A DNA stretch of 64,000 nt from Spirochaetales bacterium (GTDB taxonomy: Bacteria > Spirochaetota > Spirochaetia > JABMQR01), in the NCBI GenBank assembly GCA_018399255.1, contig JAGYPA010000017.1, positions 6,130-70,129 on the forward strand, read 5' to 3'. This document shows positions 29,706 to 39,270 of this stretch, piece by piece. Made by a program: the position numbers and the translations under genes. Numbering within the stretch: the first letter of the stretch is position 1; every line of letters begins with the position of its first letter. The notes beneath the pieces were generated by a model. It saw only the letters and a program-made list of their open reading frames with translations. It did not search any database and was not told the origin of the DNA.

Positions 29706-29948
29706 ATGATAACAGAAAATATGTATCAGGCAAAAACACACTTATCCAAACTCGTTGCTAAGGCACTTCAAGGAGAAGAGGTTATCCTCGCCAAAGCTGG
29801 AAAACCCCTGGTAAAGCTTGTCCCCGTTTCGCAGTTGGTTAAACCGGTCAAAATAGGCCTGCTGAAGGGAGAAATCAAGATTTCTGATGATTTTAACGAA
29901 TTCGCTCCAGAAATCGAAGACATGTTCGATGGGTATCTTCCAGAATGA
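29706..29948 (+). CDS. Phd/YefM-family type II antitoxin (orphan)
   Basis: MITENMYQAKTHLSKLVAKALQGEEVILAKAGKPLVKLVPV matches the Phd/YefM N-terminal fold (..AKanLseLv..v..GeeviItr.GkPvakLvP). The 50 codons downstream in the ATGA-coupled frame (MTSALLLECSLPPQRFVRH...) look like a truncated toxin remnant. Confidence 0.65.
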   Translation: MITENMYQAKTHLSKLVAKALQGEEVILAKAGKPLVKLVPVSQLVKPVKIGLLKGEIKISDDFNEFAPEIEDMFDGYLPE

Positions 29949-30093
29949 CATCAGCATTATTGCTCGAATGCTCATTACCGCCGCAACGCTTTGTCAGACA
30001 CGCTTCTAAATCAGATAAGCTTCTGACCAGACTCACTTCTTGTCAGACTTTTTTATTGAACATCTACCATGTTTGCCCCATACTGATACTGAA

Positions 30094-30137
30094 GTACTGA
30101 CGTACTGACCTGACGTACTGACCTGACGTACTGACAG
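30094..30137. repeat. 3 tandem copies of the 13-bp unit CCTGACGTACTGA immediately upstream of the 30155 gene
   Basis: Direct reading. Each unit contains the palindromes GTAC and ACGT. Confidence 0.8.
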
Positions 30138-30154
30138 AAAGGAGTGTGCTGCCA

Positions 30155-31090
30155 ATGCCTTCAACCTTCAAAGATCTGAGGATTGTCGACAATTTCTACC
30201 AGACATCAAGCTTTTTCCCCATGCCCACTATCGTGATCGGAACCCTCTGTGAGGACGGCCTGACGAACCTGGGTTCCTACTCGCTCTGCTTTCCCTATTA
30301 CATCGCCGGGAAAGAGTACTATGCCATGCTGCTGGAGTGCCGGAACAACTCCAATACCGCCGTAAACCTGCTGCGGACGGGGAAATGCAGCCTCAACTTC
30401 ATTCCGGACCGGCGTAAATATTTCAAGGAGGCTGTACGGCTGGGGTACCCTGGAGATACGCCGCAGGAGAAGGTAAAGGACACCATCTTTACGCTGGAAA
30501 AGGGCCTGCGGGCACAGGAGGATCCCGACGGCCGCTATCCCGAAATCATAGCCGAATCATTCCAGGTCTTCGAATGCAGCTGGGACAGCTCGCTGGACAA
30601 TGCCAGTGAGGATACCGTACAGGAACAGTACAATCCCCCTTTCCGGAATTTCAACGGGATTACCAGTACCTTTGGTGCTCATTTCATCCTCAAAGTAGAG
30701 CGGATACTGATGCAGGAGCGCTATCATGCCGCGATAGTCAACGGAATGCGGGCCGGCAGATTTCCGAGAGTGCCGGTAGATTACGGATATCGTGATAATA
30801 CCCGGTTCTGGTATACCCGTTTCCGTCGGCCTCTTGCCCAATTGATCCCGAAGAAGAAGGGACAGGAACTCTCGTCTGTTGTCTACGCTGCCGATCGGAT
30901 GGATGATCAGGTCAAGTTCACCGAAGCAGCCTGTGCCCGACTGGTGAACGTGCCGCGGGTCTTTCTCAACACCGCACTTTCCGCCTGTGTGAAATGGGCA
31001 AAGGAGAACGGAGTAGTGGAGATCACCGCCGAGCATATGGATATCATCAACGACAAACGCTCGAAAGAGAAAGGCCGGCGTCGTTCCTGA
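30155..31090 (+). CDS. Flavin-reductase-like (FMN-binding split-barrel) domain protein with C-terminal extension
   Basis: The N-terminal ~150 aa (PMPTIVIGTL..GLTNLGSYSL..TAVNLLRTGKCSLNFIP..) resemble the Flavin_Reduct fold. RBS aaaggag lies 8 nt before ATG 30155. Confidence 0.4.
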   Translation: MPSTFKDLRIVDNFYQTSSFFPMPTIVIGTLCEDGLTNLGSYSLCFPYYIAGKEYYAMLLECRNNSNTAVNLLRTGKCSLNFIPDRRKYFKEAVRLGYPGDTPQEKVKDTIFTLEKGLRAQEDPDGRYPEIIAESFQVFECSWDSSLDNASEDTVQEQYNPPFRNFNGITSTFGAHFILKVERILMQERYHAAIVNGMRAGRFPRVPVDYGYRDNTRFWYTRFRRPLAQLIPKKKGQELSSVVYAADRMDDQVKFTEAACARLVNVPRVFLNTALSACVKWAKENGVVEITAEHMDIINDKRSKEKGRRRS

Positions 31091-31240
31091 TACGGATTCG
31101 AGGTTTGTGCAGCAAACTAAATCAGGAAGGCGATATTGACCAAAAGAGAACCGACAAATAATAGCCGTATTCTGGAGCCAATATCCAGGTTGCTGTTTCT
31201 ATCGGAGCAGCTGCTGTCGAAAAAGCGACTTGAAGGAAAA

Positions 31241-31318
31241 ACCGTTCAGTTAGCCGATGAGCTGATGTACCGTTCAGTTAGCCGATGAGCTGATGTGCCG
31301 GATGAGCTGATGTACCGG
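31241..31318. repeat. About 2.5 tandem copies of the 28-bp unit ccgttcagttagccgatgagctgatgta
   Basis: Direct reading. Convergent intergenic region. Confidence 0.8.
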
Positions 31319-31390
31319 AGTAAACAGCAGAAGGTGATAAGTCCGACAGACTCCTGGTAAAAAAACGCGGATGCCCAACTTAATAAAAAA

Positions 31391-32920
31391 TCAAGTTTTT
31401 TTCTTTGATATCCTTTGCATAAACTTCCTTAGCACACGGCGATATATCTTTGTTTGACTAAGTACCGTTAAACAAATAACAAGAAACAAGAGAAGGGCTA
31501 CTGGTCTCGTAAATACTGGGAGAAAACTTCCTTCTGAAACCATCAATGCGCGTCTGAGATTCTGATCAGCCATTGGACCTAAAATCACCCCGATTATCAG
31601 AGGAGCAATTGGATATCCCATTTCATTGAGGATAAATACTATGACACCAATGATTACCATAAGAAAAAGGTTGAATATTCGCATGGAAAGAGAATATGAC
31701 CCTATTACACACAAAACAGCAATTATCGGCATGAGCACTGAGGTAGGTATACGAAGCAGATTTACGACTTGTTTAGCGAGCATGATACCGATAATCCACA
31801 TAGCAAACGAAGCAAGAAGGAGAATGGCGGCAATCTCAATGATGAACGTGGGGTGATCAATCGCAAGCATCGGGCCTGGTTGAATCCCATGGAGCATAAG
31901 TGCACCGAGCAGCATTGCAGCGGGAGGGCTTCCTGGAACTCCCAGTGAAAGTAATGGTATCATAGCACCGCCGATACAAGCATTATTTGCAGTTTCACTT
32001 GAAATCACTGCTTCTACCTCACCAGTCCCAAATCGTTCAGGATGCCTGCTGGCGTTTTTCGCTGCTCCGTAGCTTACCCATCCCGCAATATCTTCGCCAA
32101 TTCCAGGGACTGCCCCGATACCTACTCCAATGAGAGAAGAGCGAATAATTGTAGGAATATTTTTAATAATAGTCTTAAATTCCGGGAGTATCCTGGTGAA
32201 CTTTTTTGTTTCCTGTGGTTTTTGACTATCTCGAATGACCTGAATTATCTGAGGAATGCCAAAAGCACCAATTAGTACTGGAACGATATCCAACCCGCCG
32301 TCTAAGTCAGACAGACCAAAGGTGAACCTGGGATAAAATTGAAGCTGGTCTCTTCCAATTACTGAAAGGAAGAGTCCTAGAAACCCTGCTATCCATCCCT
32401 TATAGACCAGGTCAGGACTGGTAAGAGTACCAGAAATAATAATACCAAAGAAAGCAAGCAGGAAAAACTCAAAACTGGTGAACTGCAGAGCGATTTTTGA
32501 AATAGCAGGGGCAAGTCCTACAACAAACAGCATACCAATTATGGTGCCGATTGCGGAACTGGTTGTCGTTAACCCTAAAGCTTTTCCCGCCTCTCCTTTG
32601 CATGCAAGGGGATAACCGTCAAGTGCTGTAGCAGCTGAAGCTGCGGTTCCAGGTATGTTTAGAAGAATTGAAGCGTATGATCCGCCATATACTCCTCCCA
32701 CATAGACCCCTAAAAGGGCGATAAGGGCTAGGTTGGTAGTCATTCCGTAGGTGAGGGTAGTCAGGAGAGCAACTCCCAGCGTGGCGGTAAGTCCAGGTGT
32801 AGCGCCAAACATGATTCCCATGAAGACTGACCCGAAGAGCAGCAGCATTGCCGATGGATTAATGAGAACTGCACCCATTGAATTCGAAAAAATACCAAAT
32901 TGTGAAAAAAAGTTCATGCA
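31391..32920 (-). CDS. tctA: Tripartite tricarboxylate transporter large permease TctA
   Basis: ~510 aa polytopic membrane protein with the typical TctA N-terminus (MNFFSQFGIF..AVLINPSAMLLLFGSVFMGIMFGATPGLTATLGVALL). Confidence 0.85.
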   Translation of the reverse strand, partial: CMNFFSQFGIFSNSMGAVLINPSAMLLLFGSVFMGIMFGATPGLTATLGVALLTTLTYGMTTNLALIALLGVYVGGVYGGSYASILLNIPGTAASAATALDGYPLACKGEAGKALGLTTTSSAIGTIIGMLFVVGLAPAISKIALQFTSFEFFLLAFFGIIISGTLTSPDLVYKGWIAGFLGLFLSVIGRDQLQFYPRFTFGLSDLDGGLDIVPVLIGAFGIPQIIQVIRDSQKPQETKKFTRILPEFKTIIKNIPTIIRSSLIGVGIGAVPGIGEDIAGWVSYGAAKNASRHPERFGTGEVEAVISSETANNACIGGAMIPLLSLGVPGSPPAAMLLGALMLHGIQPGPMLAIDHPTFIIEIAAILLLASFAMWIIGIMLAKQVVNLLRIPTSVLMPIIAVLCVIGSYSLSMRIFNLFLMVIIGVIVFILNEMGYPIAPLIIGVILGPMADQNLRRALMVSEGSFLPVFTRPVALLLFLVICLTVLSQTKIYRRVLRKFMQRISKKKT

Positions 32921-32927
32921 GTCCCCC

Positions 32928-33704
32928 TTAACGCAGCAAGTAGTACACAAGATTGAAAATTGAGATGATACCTCCCTCCACAGGGAGAGGTATCCTGAGT
33001 CCATAACGGAAGAGAGGAACCAGTACCAGAGGGACAGTGAAGGAGGTGACAAGGATGACGGTAAACAGTTTTTGTGCTCTTTCGGGTTGGTGCTGCTGTA
33101 TCAGTTTGTGAAATATTATCGTAATTGCTGCAACCTGAATTAGTACAAAAACATCCATGCTGTAAGGGAAAATATTGTTCAGGAAATCTGCGGCACCTGT
33201 AACGATGAGCATTATGAACAATAGGGCAAACGAGGATGCCAGCATGGCTCCAATAGACATAATTCTTTTACTATCAGGATAGAAAGTGCCAATGAAGATT
33301 ACGAGAAAAAGTAGAACATTTAGAAAAAAATCGGTTCGGGGGATGTAAAGGTAGACGAAACCTGAAATATAGGCAATCACTATAAGTACTCTGGAAGCTG
33401 AGGATTTGAACTTTTCAGAAAATGATATATTCCTATTACTTCGGTAATTCTTAATTATTTGCAGCAGCTGGGAATGAGCTTTTTCACGGACTGCATTAAC
33501 TGCAAGCACAATACACAAAATAATGATCATCCCACCGATGATTAACGGAAAAAGTGCAGGAGATACATACCAGTAGGTTGCCACTCCGCCATATGCTCCT
33601 TCCATTGGCATGGTCAGTGCGTGAGCAATTATAGCAATTCCAACAATGAGAAGTACTACAGCTGTGACGAGATCTGCCTGACGCATTTTCTCTTTTGATA
33701 CCAT
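32928..33704 (-). CDS. tctB: Tripartite tricarboxylate transporter small permease TctB
   Basis: Hydrophobic 4-5 transmembrane protein located between tctC and tctA. Its stop overlaps the tctA start. Confidence 0.6.
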   Translation of the reverse strand: MVSKEKMRQADLVTAVVLLIVGIAIIAHALTMPMEGAYGGVATYWYVSPALFPLIIGGMIIILCIVLAVNAVREKAHSQLLQIIKNYRSNRNISFSEKFKSSASRVLIVIAYISGFVYLYIPRTDFFLNVLLFLVIFIGTFYPDSKRIMSIGAMLASSFALLFIMLIVTGAADFLNNIFPYSMDVFVLIQVAAITIIFHKLIQQHQPERAQKLFTVILVTSFTVPLVLVPLFRYGLRIPLPVEGGIISIFNLVYYLLR

Positions 33705-33814
33705 GACAATCTCCTGATATTCATGTATGTATATCCTTGAATGCAGTTGTGTGCACTGCAGAAAAGTTTGCAGTGCACACAATTTCAGAAAGTTTTAATC
33801 CCTAAGAATGCTGT

Positions 33815-34822
33815 TTACGGTTTTGGTATGTTAAGAGAGTCAGGATTAACTCGGGCTGAACCAAGTTCGTGAAGAGTCCACGCAAAGCTGCTTTCAAGAT
33901 TGTTCATGAGTGTATTTGCTTCATCTCCGTAAAGTCCCGCAAGAATATAAAAATTATTCTTCCCGAAATCCTTGACAGCTTGAGTCTCCATAGCCTGTTT
34001 GAAAGCTTCGGAAATTTTATCCTTGGCATATTGGGGAGCCTCTTTCGCAATGGCAAATCCGATAGATTGGCGTAATGGTAAATATTGAGCCAGTTCCGGA
34101 TAGTTTGTGAAACTCGAGGGTATTGTTAAGCCATCAACTGTAAAAGCTTCGGGTTCAAGCATTGCCAGGGGTTTAAGCTGGCCGCCCCTTATAAGCTGAG
34201 CTTGTTCTGCGATAGAAGTAATGATAATACTGACTTCACCTGTAAGAGCAGCATTCTGTGCGGGGGCAGAACCATCGTAGGGAATAAAGTTAAAATCCGT
34301 ATCGGTTCCATTCTCGAATGCCAGCAAGTTCAAGTGATGAATTGATCCAGCTCCGGAAGCTCCCGCTCGGATGGATCCCGGGTTTGCCTTTGCTGCGTCA
34401 ATTAGTTCATCAAGTGTATTATAAGGTGAGTTTGCTCCAACAGAGACAACATCAGGTGAACCCCCAACAATAAACCAGTCCCAAACATCAACCCGATTGT
34501 TAAATCCTCCCATAACCGCTGAGGTAACATTACTTTCGCTCATGCCGGCAAGCACATATCCATCCTTAGGTCTATTAAATGCGTCATTCATTCCCACTGA
34601 CCCAGCTACCCCGCCGGTTACATTTATGACGTTGATATTGACACCAAGAATCTCCGACATCTCTGCCATGATAATTCGGTTTATCACATCGGTACCCCCG
34701 CCAGCACCCCAAACGACAACTGTGGTAATATCACGTTCAGGATATTCTCTTTCGGCGGCTCCGAAGACAAAACTTGTGATCAAAGTGATGATCAGTACAC
34801 TGATAAGTATACTTTTTCTCAT
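33815..34822 (-). CDS. tctC: Tripartite tricarboxylate transporter substrate-binding protein TctC (Bug family)
   Basis: Signal peptide, then ..VVVWGAGGGTDVINRIIMAEMSEILGVNINVINVTGGVAGSVGMN.., typical of TctC/Bug periplasmic binding proteins. Confidence 0.8.
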   Translation of the reverse strand: MRKSILISVLIITLITSFVFGAAEREYPERDITTVVVWGAGGGTDVINRIIMAEMSEILGVNINVINVTGGVAGSVGMNDAFNRPKDGYVLAGMSESNVTSAVMGGFNNRVDVWDWFIVGGSPDVVSVGANSPYNTLDELIDAAKANPGSIRAGASGAGSIHHLNLLAFENGTDTDFNFIPYDGSAPAQNAALTGEVSIIITSIAEQAQLIRGGQLKPLAMLEPEAFTVDGLTIPSSFTNYPELAQYLPLRQSIGFAIAKEAPQYAKDKISEAFKQAMETQAVKDFGKNNFYILAGLYGDEANTLMNNLESSFAWTLHELGSARVNPDSLNIPKP

Positions 34823-35038
34823 AGTTTCCTCCTTTCATATATTTTTCATATATGATAATTATGTATACAAAACATTGTATCGCTTATTTACCAATTGTCA
34901 ACTATATTTTTTTATTTTTTCCTAAAGGTACTGTATGGAAGGTACTGAACTTTCTCAACACAGCCAGATTGATGAATGAAATTTTACAGTTTGCAAAATG
35001 TTTATGAGAAAGGATGTACATCAAGATAAACTCTTAAA

Positions 35039-35878
35039 CTACTTTAAAATACCTAATATTTTTTTTGCATCAGCTGTTCCTGCAGTCTCAAATCCGAGCA
35101 CATGTATCATTTCAGAGACTCTTTTAACTAATTCTAGATTGTTATCTGCAGCTTTCCCCGGAGCATGCCATGGGGAATCCTCAAACCCTACCCTGATAGA
35201 TACCGCACCAAAGGCCAGTGCTGCAGACAGCAGTGAAAAATCTTGCATATTGGCATGGATGAGACCCCATGTGGAGCCATGAGGGAGCAAGTTTGTAACA
35301 TATGAAATATGTCCTGCATACGCTTGAAGGGCACCAGGGAACCCAAGGCATAAAGAGAAATGGAGGGGTTTGCTAACAATTTTTTCTTCCGCCAGTTTTT
35401 CTGCTGAAGAAATCATTCCTATGGTAAATATTGCCAGATCAGGCGACGTACAAGTTTCTGCCATCTTTTGCGCCCAATACCTTATATCTGGCATGGTGTT
35501 AATATATACATCATCCGCAAAATTTGATGATCCCATATTCAGGGAAGCGCTCTGTGTTCGGTTATCGCATAGAGCAGTACACCGCTGCTCAGCCGTCAGT
35601 GTAGAAAGTCCTCCAGTAGAACCCTGGATTATGATATCACTGTGTTTTCTAATCAGGTCAATTGTCAAGGAATACGCTGCAATATCATCAGTGAGATTGC
35701 CTTGAAAATCTCTTACATGAAGATGGGCTGCACAGGCTCCTGCATGAAAGCAGTTAATTATTTCTTCAGCAATTTCTTCCGGGTGGGTCGGGTTTTTACT
35801 GTTTGCTGGAAGCCGGGTTTCTGCATGTGCTGTAGGAGCAACAGAAATAATTATGGGAGATCGATACTCTCTATGCAT
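35039..35878 (-). CDS. BKACE-family enzyme (3-keto-5-aminohexanoate cleavage enzyme-like, DUF849)
   Basis: ..IIISVAPTAHAE..PTHPEEIAEEIINCFHAGACAAHLHVRD..IIIQGSTGG..SASLNMGSSNF matches the Kce/BKACE signature (IITCA.TG..PEEIA..A.AGAA..HLHVRD..NLTTGG..ASLNMGS.NF). Confidence 0.8.
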   Translation of the reverse strand: MHREYRSPIIISVAPTAHAETRLPANSKNPTHPEEIAEEIINCFHAGACAAHLHVRDFQGNLTDDIAAYSLTIDLIRKHSDIIIQGSTGGLSTLTAEQRCTALCDNRTQSASLNMGSSNFADDVYINTMPDIRYWAQKMAETCTSPDLAIFTIGMISSAEKLAEEKIVSKPLHFSLCLGFPGALQAYAGHISYVTNLLPHGSTWGLIHANMQDFSLLSAALAFGAVSIRVGFEDSPWHAPGKAADNNLELVKRVSEMIHVLGFETAGTADAKKILGILK

Positions 35879-36057
35879 AGCACCTCCAAGAAATTGTATT
35901 CAAAATATACTAATGCAGTAAGTATCACCCATCTTTCTGTTCTTGTAAAGAGTAATGGCAAATGATGAATTTTTATTGTGTGGCTCCCTTTTTTGCTTTT
36001 CTCATTTTGAATACATTTTTAATTGACTAAGCGATGTCTATAAGTTATTGTCATACT

Positions 36058-36723
36058 ATGTATAGAGTCGATAACGAGGATCTTAATGAGCAGGTATATC
36101 GCAGGCTTCGCGAAATGATTGTGCATAGAGAACTGCAGCCTGATCAAAAGCTTCTCCAAGAAGAACTGGCAACTCAGCTTGGGGTATCAAGAACGCCGCT
36201 GCTTTCTGCGTTTGCAAAGCTCGAACGGGAAATGCTGGTTAAATCAGTGCCTCGGAGGGGTTATTTTGTTCGCTCCATTACGTTGAAGGAGTTGCTCGAT
36301 ATTTATGAAATTCGGCTTCGTCTGGAAACACTTGGAGCTTCTGAAGCGGCAAGGAAATGTGATAATTCTGTTCTTGAGGCTTTGATGGAGAAGACAGATC
36401 ATATGATTTCCCTGGATGCAGAAATGCTTAAGGCCAAGTTTCCAGAATATGACTACGAGTTTCACACCCTGATCATGAAGATGAGCGGCAATGAGTTCCT
36501 GGTGAGTATGGTCGGTTCATTCAACCTTGTTACTCTGGGAAATATCACGGGAATGTACCGTGATCCCCGGGGGAGTCTTTTTGAGCACAAGTCAATCTTG
36601 GGAGCTGTCAGTTCCCGGGATTGTGAACTTGCTGAATCAGCCATGTACTCCCATATTTCCGTAGCAAAGTCACGTATAGAGCAGTATTCAAAGGACCGAT
36701 TACATGAAGCTGAAGAAAGATAA
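36058..36723 (+). CDS. GntR-family transcriptional regulator (FadR subfamily, FCD domain)
   Basis: N-terminal winged HTH (..LATQLGVSRTPLLSAFAKLEREMLV) and a helical C-terminal domain. Confidence 0.8.
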   Translation: MYRVDNEDLNEQVYRRLREMIVHRELQPDQKLLQEELATQLGVSRTPLLSAFAKLEREMLVKSVPRRGYFVRSITLKELLDIYEIRLRLETLGASEAARKCDNSVLEALMEKTDHMISLDAEMLKAKFPEYDYEFHTLIMKMSGNEFLVSMVGSFNLVTLGNITGMYRDPRGSLFEHKSILGAVSSRDCELAESAMYSHISVAKSRIEQYSKDRLHEAEER

Positions 36724-37333
36724 AATCCGTGACCTGGTATACCAGGAAATAAAAAAGATGCTGCTCAACCAGGATCTTCTGCCAGGCCAGAAAGTGAATA
36801 AAAAGGAACTTGCTGAAATTCTGCATGTAAGCCAGACTCCCGTCCAGGAATCGATCATTGCCCTGATAAAAGAGGGACTGTTCGAAAACCGTCCGAGAGA
36901 GGGGCTTTTCGTCAAGGAATTTACCAATCAGGATATGAGAGATTTTTTTGCTGTACGGGCTGGAATTGAGGGCATTGCCCTGCGGCTTTGTATAGAACAG
37001 TACGGAGTGGAATCACTTGAAGATATCATAAAGCTTTTTGACCAGTTCTCTCCGCCTGTCGAGTCAGAAGAAAGCAAGCAGTTATACCAGCAAGTAGACA
37101 GAAAGTTTCATGAGCAGATAATGCTCCGGTCTGGAAACAATATGATCCGTGAATTTGTACATGAATTTAATTTTATCCTTCGCTGCTACCAGAAGGGGCT
37201 TCTTCGCGAACCTTCTGAGACACTGCCTGAACACTTGGCAATTATTAAAGCTATCCGTGCTGGTAATGCCGAGTTAGCTCAATCCTTGATCATGGAACAT
37301 CACATGAAGTCATATGCAAAACTCCCTGTATAG
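36704..37333 (+). CDS. GntR-family transcriptional regulator (second, tandem, FCD domain)
   Basis: ..LAEILHVSQTPVQESIIALIKEGL.. Overlaps the previous GntR gene by 20 nt. Confidence 0.75.
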   Translation: MKLKKDKIRDLVYQEIKKMLLNQDLLPGQKVNKKELAEILHVSQTPVQESIIALIKEGLFENRPREGLFVKEFTNQDMRDFFAVRAGIEGIALRLCIEQYGVESLEDIIKLFDQFSPPVESEESKQLYQQVDRKFHEQIMLRSGNNMIREFVHEFNFILRCYQKGLLREPSETLPEHLAIIKAIRAGNAELAQSLIMEHHMKSYAKLPV

Positions 37334-37388
37334 GAAACAGTTTCACAAGTATTAAAGCAAATTTTCCACCCGGCACATAAAAAAAGTG

Positions 37389-37430
37389 TTGACATGTACG
37401 TCTTATCGTGCAAAAATATTTTGTATACAA
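37389..37430 (+). promoter_or_regulatory. Putative promoter (TTGACA at 37389) and perfect palindrome TTGTATACAA (37421-37430), a GntR-type operator candidate upstream of the transketolase operon
   Basis: TTGACA, then a 17-nt spacer, then AAAAAT. The 10-bp palindrome fits the t.GT.n.AC.a GntR/FadR operator consensus and sits immediately downstream of two GntR genes. Confidence 0.35.
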
Positions 37431-37458
37431 AGTTGTGTAGTCAATAAGGATGTAATAT

Positions 37459-38310
37459 ATGAGCAACCTGCAAAGAGATAAACTGACTGACCGTATCGAA
37501 CGTCTGGAAGGACATGCCAGGGAAGTTCGGATCAGGATCGTTGATATGATCTATAAAGCTCAATCAGGTCATCCCGGAAGTGCCCTGTCTGCTGCTGATA
37601 TCCTGGCCGCCCTCTATTTTGACATTATGAACATTGATCCCTCAAATCCCCGGTGGGAAGAAAGAGACCGGTTTGTATTGTCCAAGGGGCACGGATGTCC
37701 CGTGCTATATGCTTGCCTTGCTCTGAGAAATTACTTTCCTTTACACGAATTAGATACCCTGAGAAAGTTTGAGAGCATTCTCCAGGGGCATCCGGTGAAG
37801 CAAAAAACTCCCGGTGTTGACATGACTACCGGTTCTCTCGGCCATGGCCTCAGTATCGGGCTTGGAATGGCTCTGGATGGAAAACTTACGGGAAAGGATT
37901 ACTTCACCTATGTGCTGATTGGTGACGGGGAGCTGGATGAAGGTCAGAACTGGGAAGCCGCAGCGACTGCTTCTAAATACCATTTGAATCATCTTATTGC
38001 AATTATAGATATCAATAGGCTGCAGATGGACGGGTTTACCGATGAGGTGATGCCGAAGTATTCTATTGCTGAAAAATTCAGGGCATTCAATTGGGAGGTC
38101 CTGGAGATGGACGGGCATGACATGACAGATATCGTTCTGACTCTTGAGAAAGTCAGATTGGCAAAACGAAACAAACCTGTCTGCATTGCTGCTGATACCG
38201 TGAAGGGTAAGGGAGTGAGTTTTATGGAGAATATCAGGGTCTGGCATGGCAAAGCCCCGAATGAACAGGAATATCGATCTGCAATGCTTGAACTGAAAGG
38301 AGAAAACTGA
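37459..38310 (+). CDS. Transketolase, N-terminal (TPP-binding) subunit
   Basis: ..IVDMIYKAQSGHPGSALSAADILAALYF.. and GDGELDEGQNWEA (TPP motif). Split-type transketolase. Confidence 0.85.
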   Translation: MSNLQRDKLTDRIERLEGHAREVRIRIVDMIYKAQSGHPGSALSAADILAALYFDIMNIDPSNPRWEERDRFVLSKGHGCPVLYACLALRNYFPLHELDTLRKFESILQGHPVKQKTPGVDMTTGSLGHGLSIGLGMALDGKLTGKDYFTYVLIGDGELDEGQNWEAAATASKYHLNHLIAIIDINRLQMDGFTDEVMPKYSIAEKFRAFNWEVLEMDGHDMTDIVLTLEKVRLAKRNKPVCIAADTVKGKGVSFMENIRVWHGKAPNEQEYRSAMLELKGEN

Positions 38311-39266
38311 TGAAACTGCGGCAAGCTGTGATACCTACCAGGCAGGCGTTTTCAGAAAGAATGGTGGAATACGGTTCAATCAATACAGATTTTGCTGTTT
38401 TCGAGGCTGACATAGGTTATTCAACCTATACATATCTCTTTGGACAAAAATTTCCAGAACGTTATTTCAATATGGGTATCGCGGAATCGAACATGGTAAG
38501 TGCTGCAGCGGGTATGGCTGCGGAAGGAAGGACGGTTGTAGTCAGTTCCTACGGAGTGTTTCTTTCCATGCGGGCGGCCGAGGCGGTACGGACGTATGTC
38601 TGCTATCCTGATTTGAATGTAAAGTTTCTTTCTTCCCATGGCGGGGTAACCGCTGCAATCGATGGGGTAACACATCAGGCAACAGAAGATATTGCTATCA
38701 TGTCAACATTTCCGAATATGAAAGTACTGTGCCCTGCAGACAGCCCTTCAGCAATGAAGCTGCTGGATTTGGCCTTGGAAACACCAGGACCGGTATTCGT
38801 CCGCCTTATGAGAGACCCGCTGTTTGATGTCTACAGCGAGGAGTATGAATTCCGTATCGGTGGCAGTCATATACTCGTTGAGGGTGATGATGTGACCATT
38901 ATTGCCTACGGTGATATGGTGATGCAGGCGCTGAATGCGGCTGAAGAGCTTGGAAATGGCGGGATCTCTGCTGAGGTAATCGACATGTATTCGCAGAAAC
39001 CGATTGATAAGGAGACCCTGCTCAAGTCTGTGAAAAAGACCGGGGCCGTACTGGTAGTGGAAAACCATCAGAAAAAAAATGGTCTGGGGTATGCGGTACC
39101 TCACTATCTTGCAAAGATTGATGAATGTGTCCCCTTTGCCCATCTGGGACTGGACGATGTGTTTGCGGAAAGCGGTGATTACTATCAGGTTATAGACAAA
39201 TATGGAATTTCTTCAAGACATATTACTGAAGAAGTACAAACACTTATTAAACGAAAAAAAGGATAA
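38310..39266 (+). CDS. Transketolase, C-terminal (pyrimidine-binding) subunit
   Basis: Start overlaps the stop of the N-subunit gene. Transketolase pyrimidine-binding and C-terminal domains. Confidence 0.85.
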   Translation: MKLRQAVIPTRQAFSERMVEYGSINTDFAVFEADIGYSTYTYLFGQKFPERYFNMGIAESNMVSAAAGMAAEGRTVVVSSYGVFLSMRAAEAVRTYVCYPDLNVKFLSSHGGVTAAIDGVTHQATEDIAIMSTFPNMKVLCPADSPSAMKLLDLALETPGPVFVRLMRDPLFDVYSEEYEFRIGGSHILVEGDDVTIIAYGDMVMQALNAAEELGNGGISAEVIDMYSQKPIDKETLLKSVKKTGAVLVVENHQKKNGLGYAVPHYLAKIDECVPFAHLGLDDVFAESGDYYQVIDKYGISSRHITEEVQTLIKRKKG

Positions 39267-39270
39267 GGTG

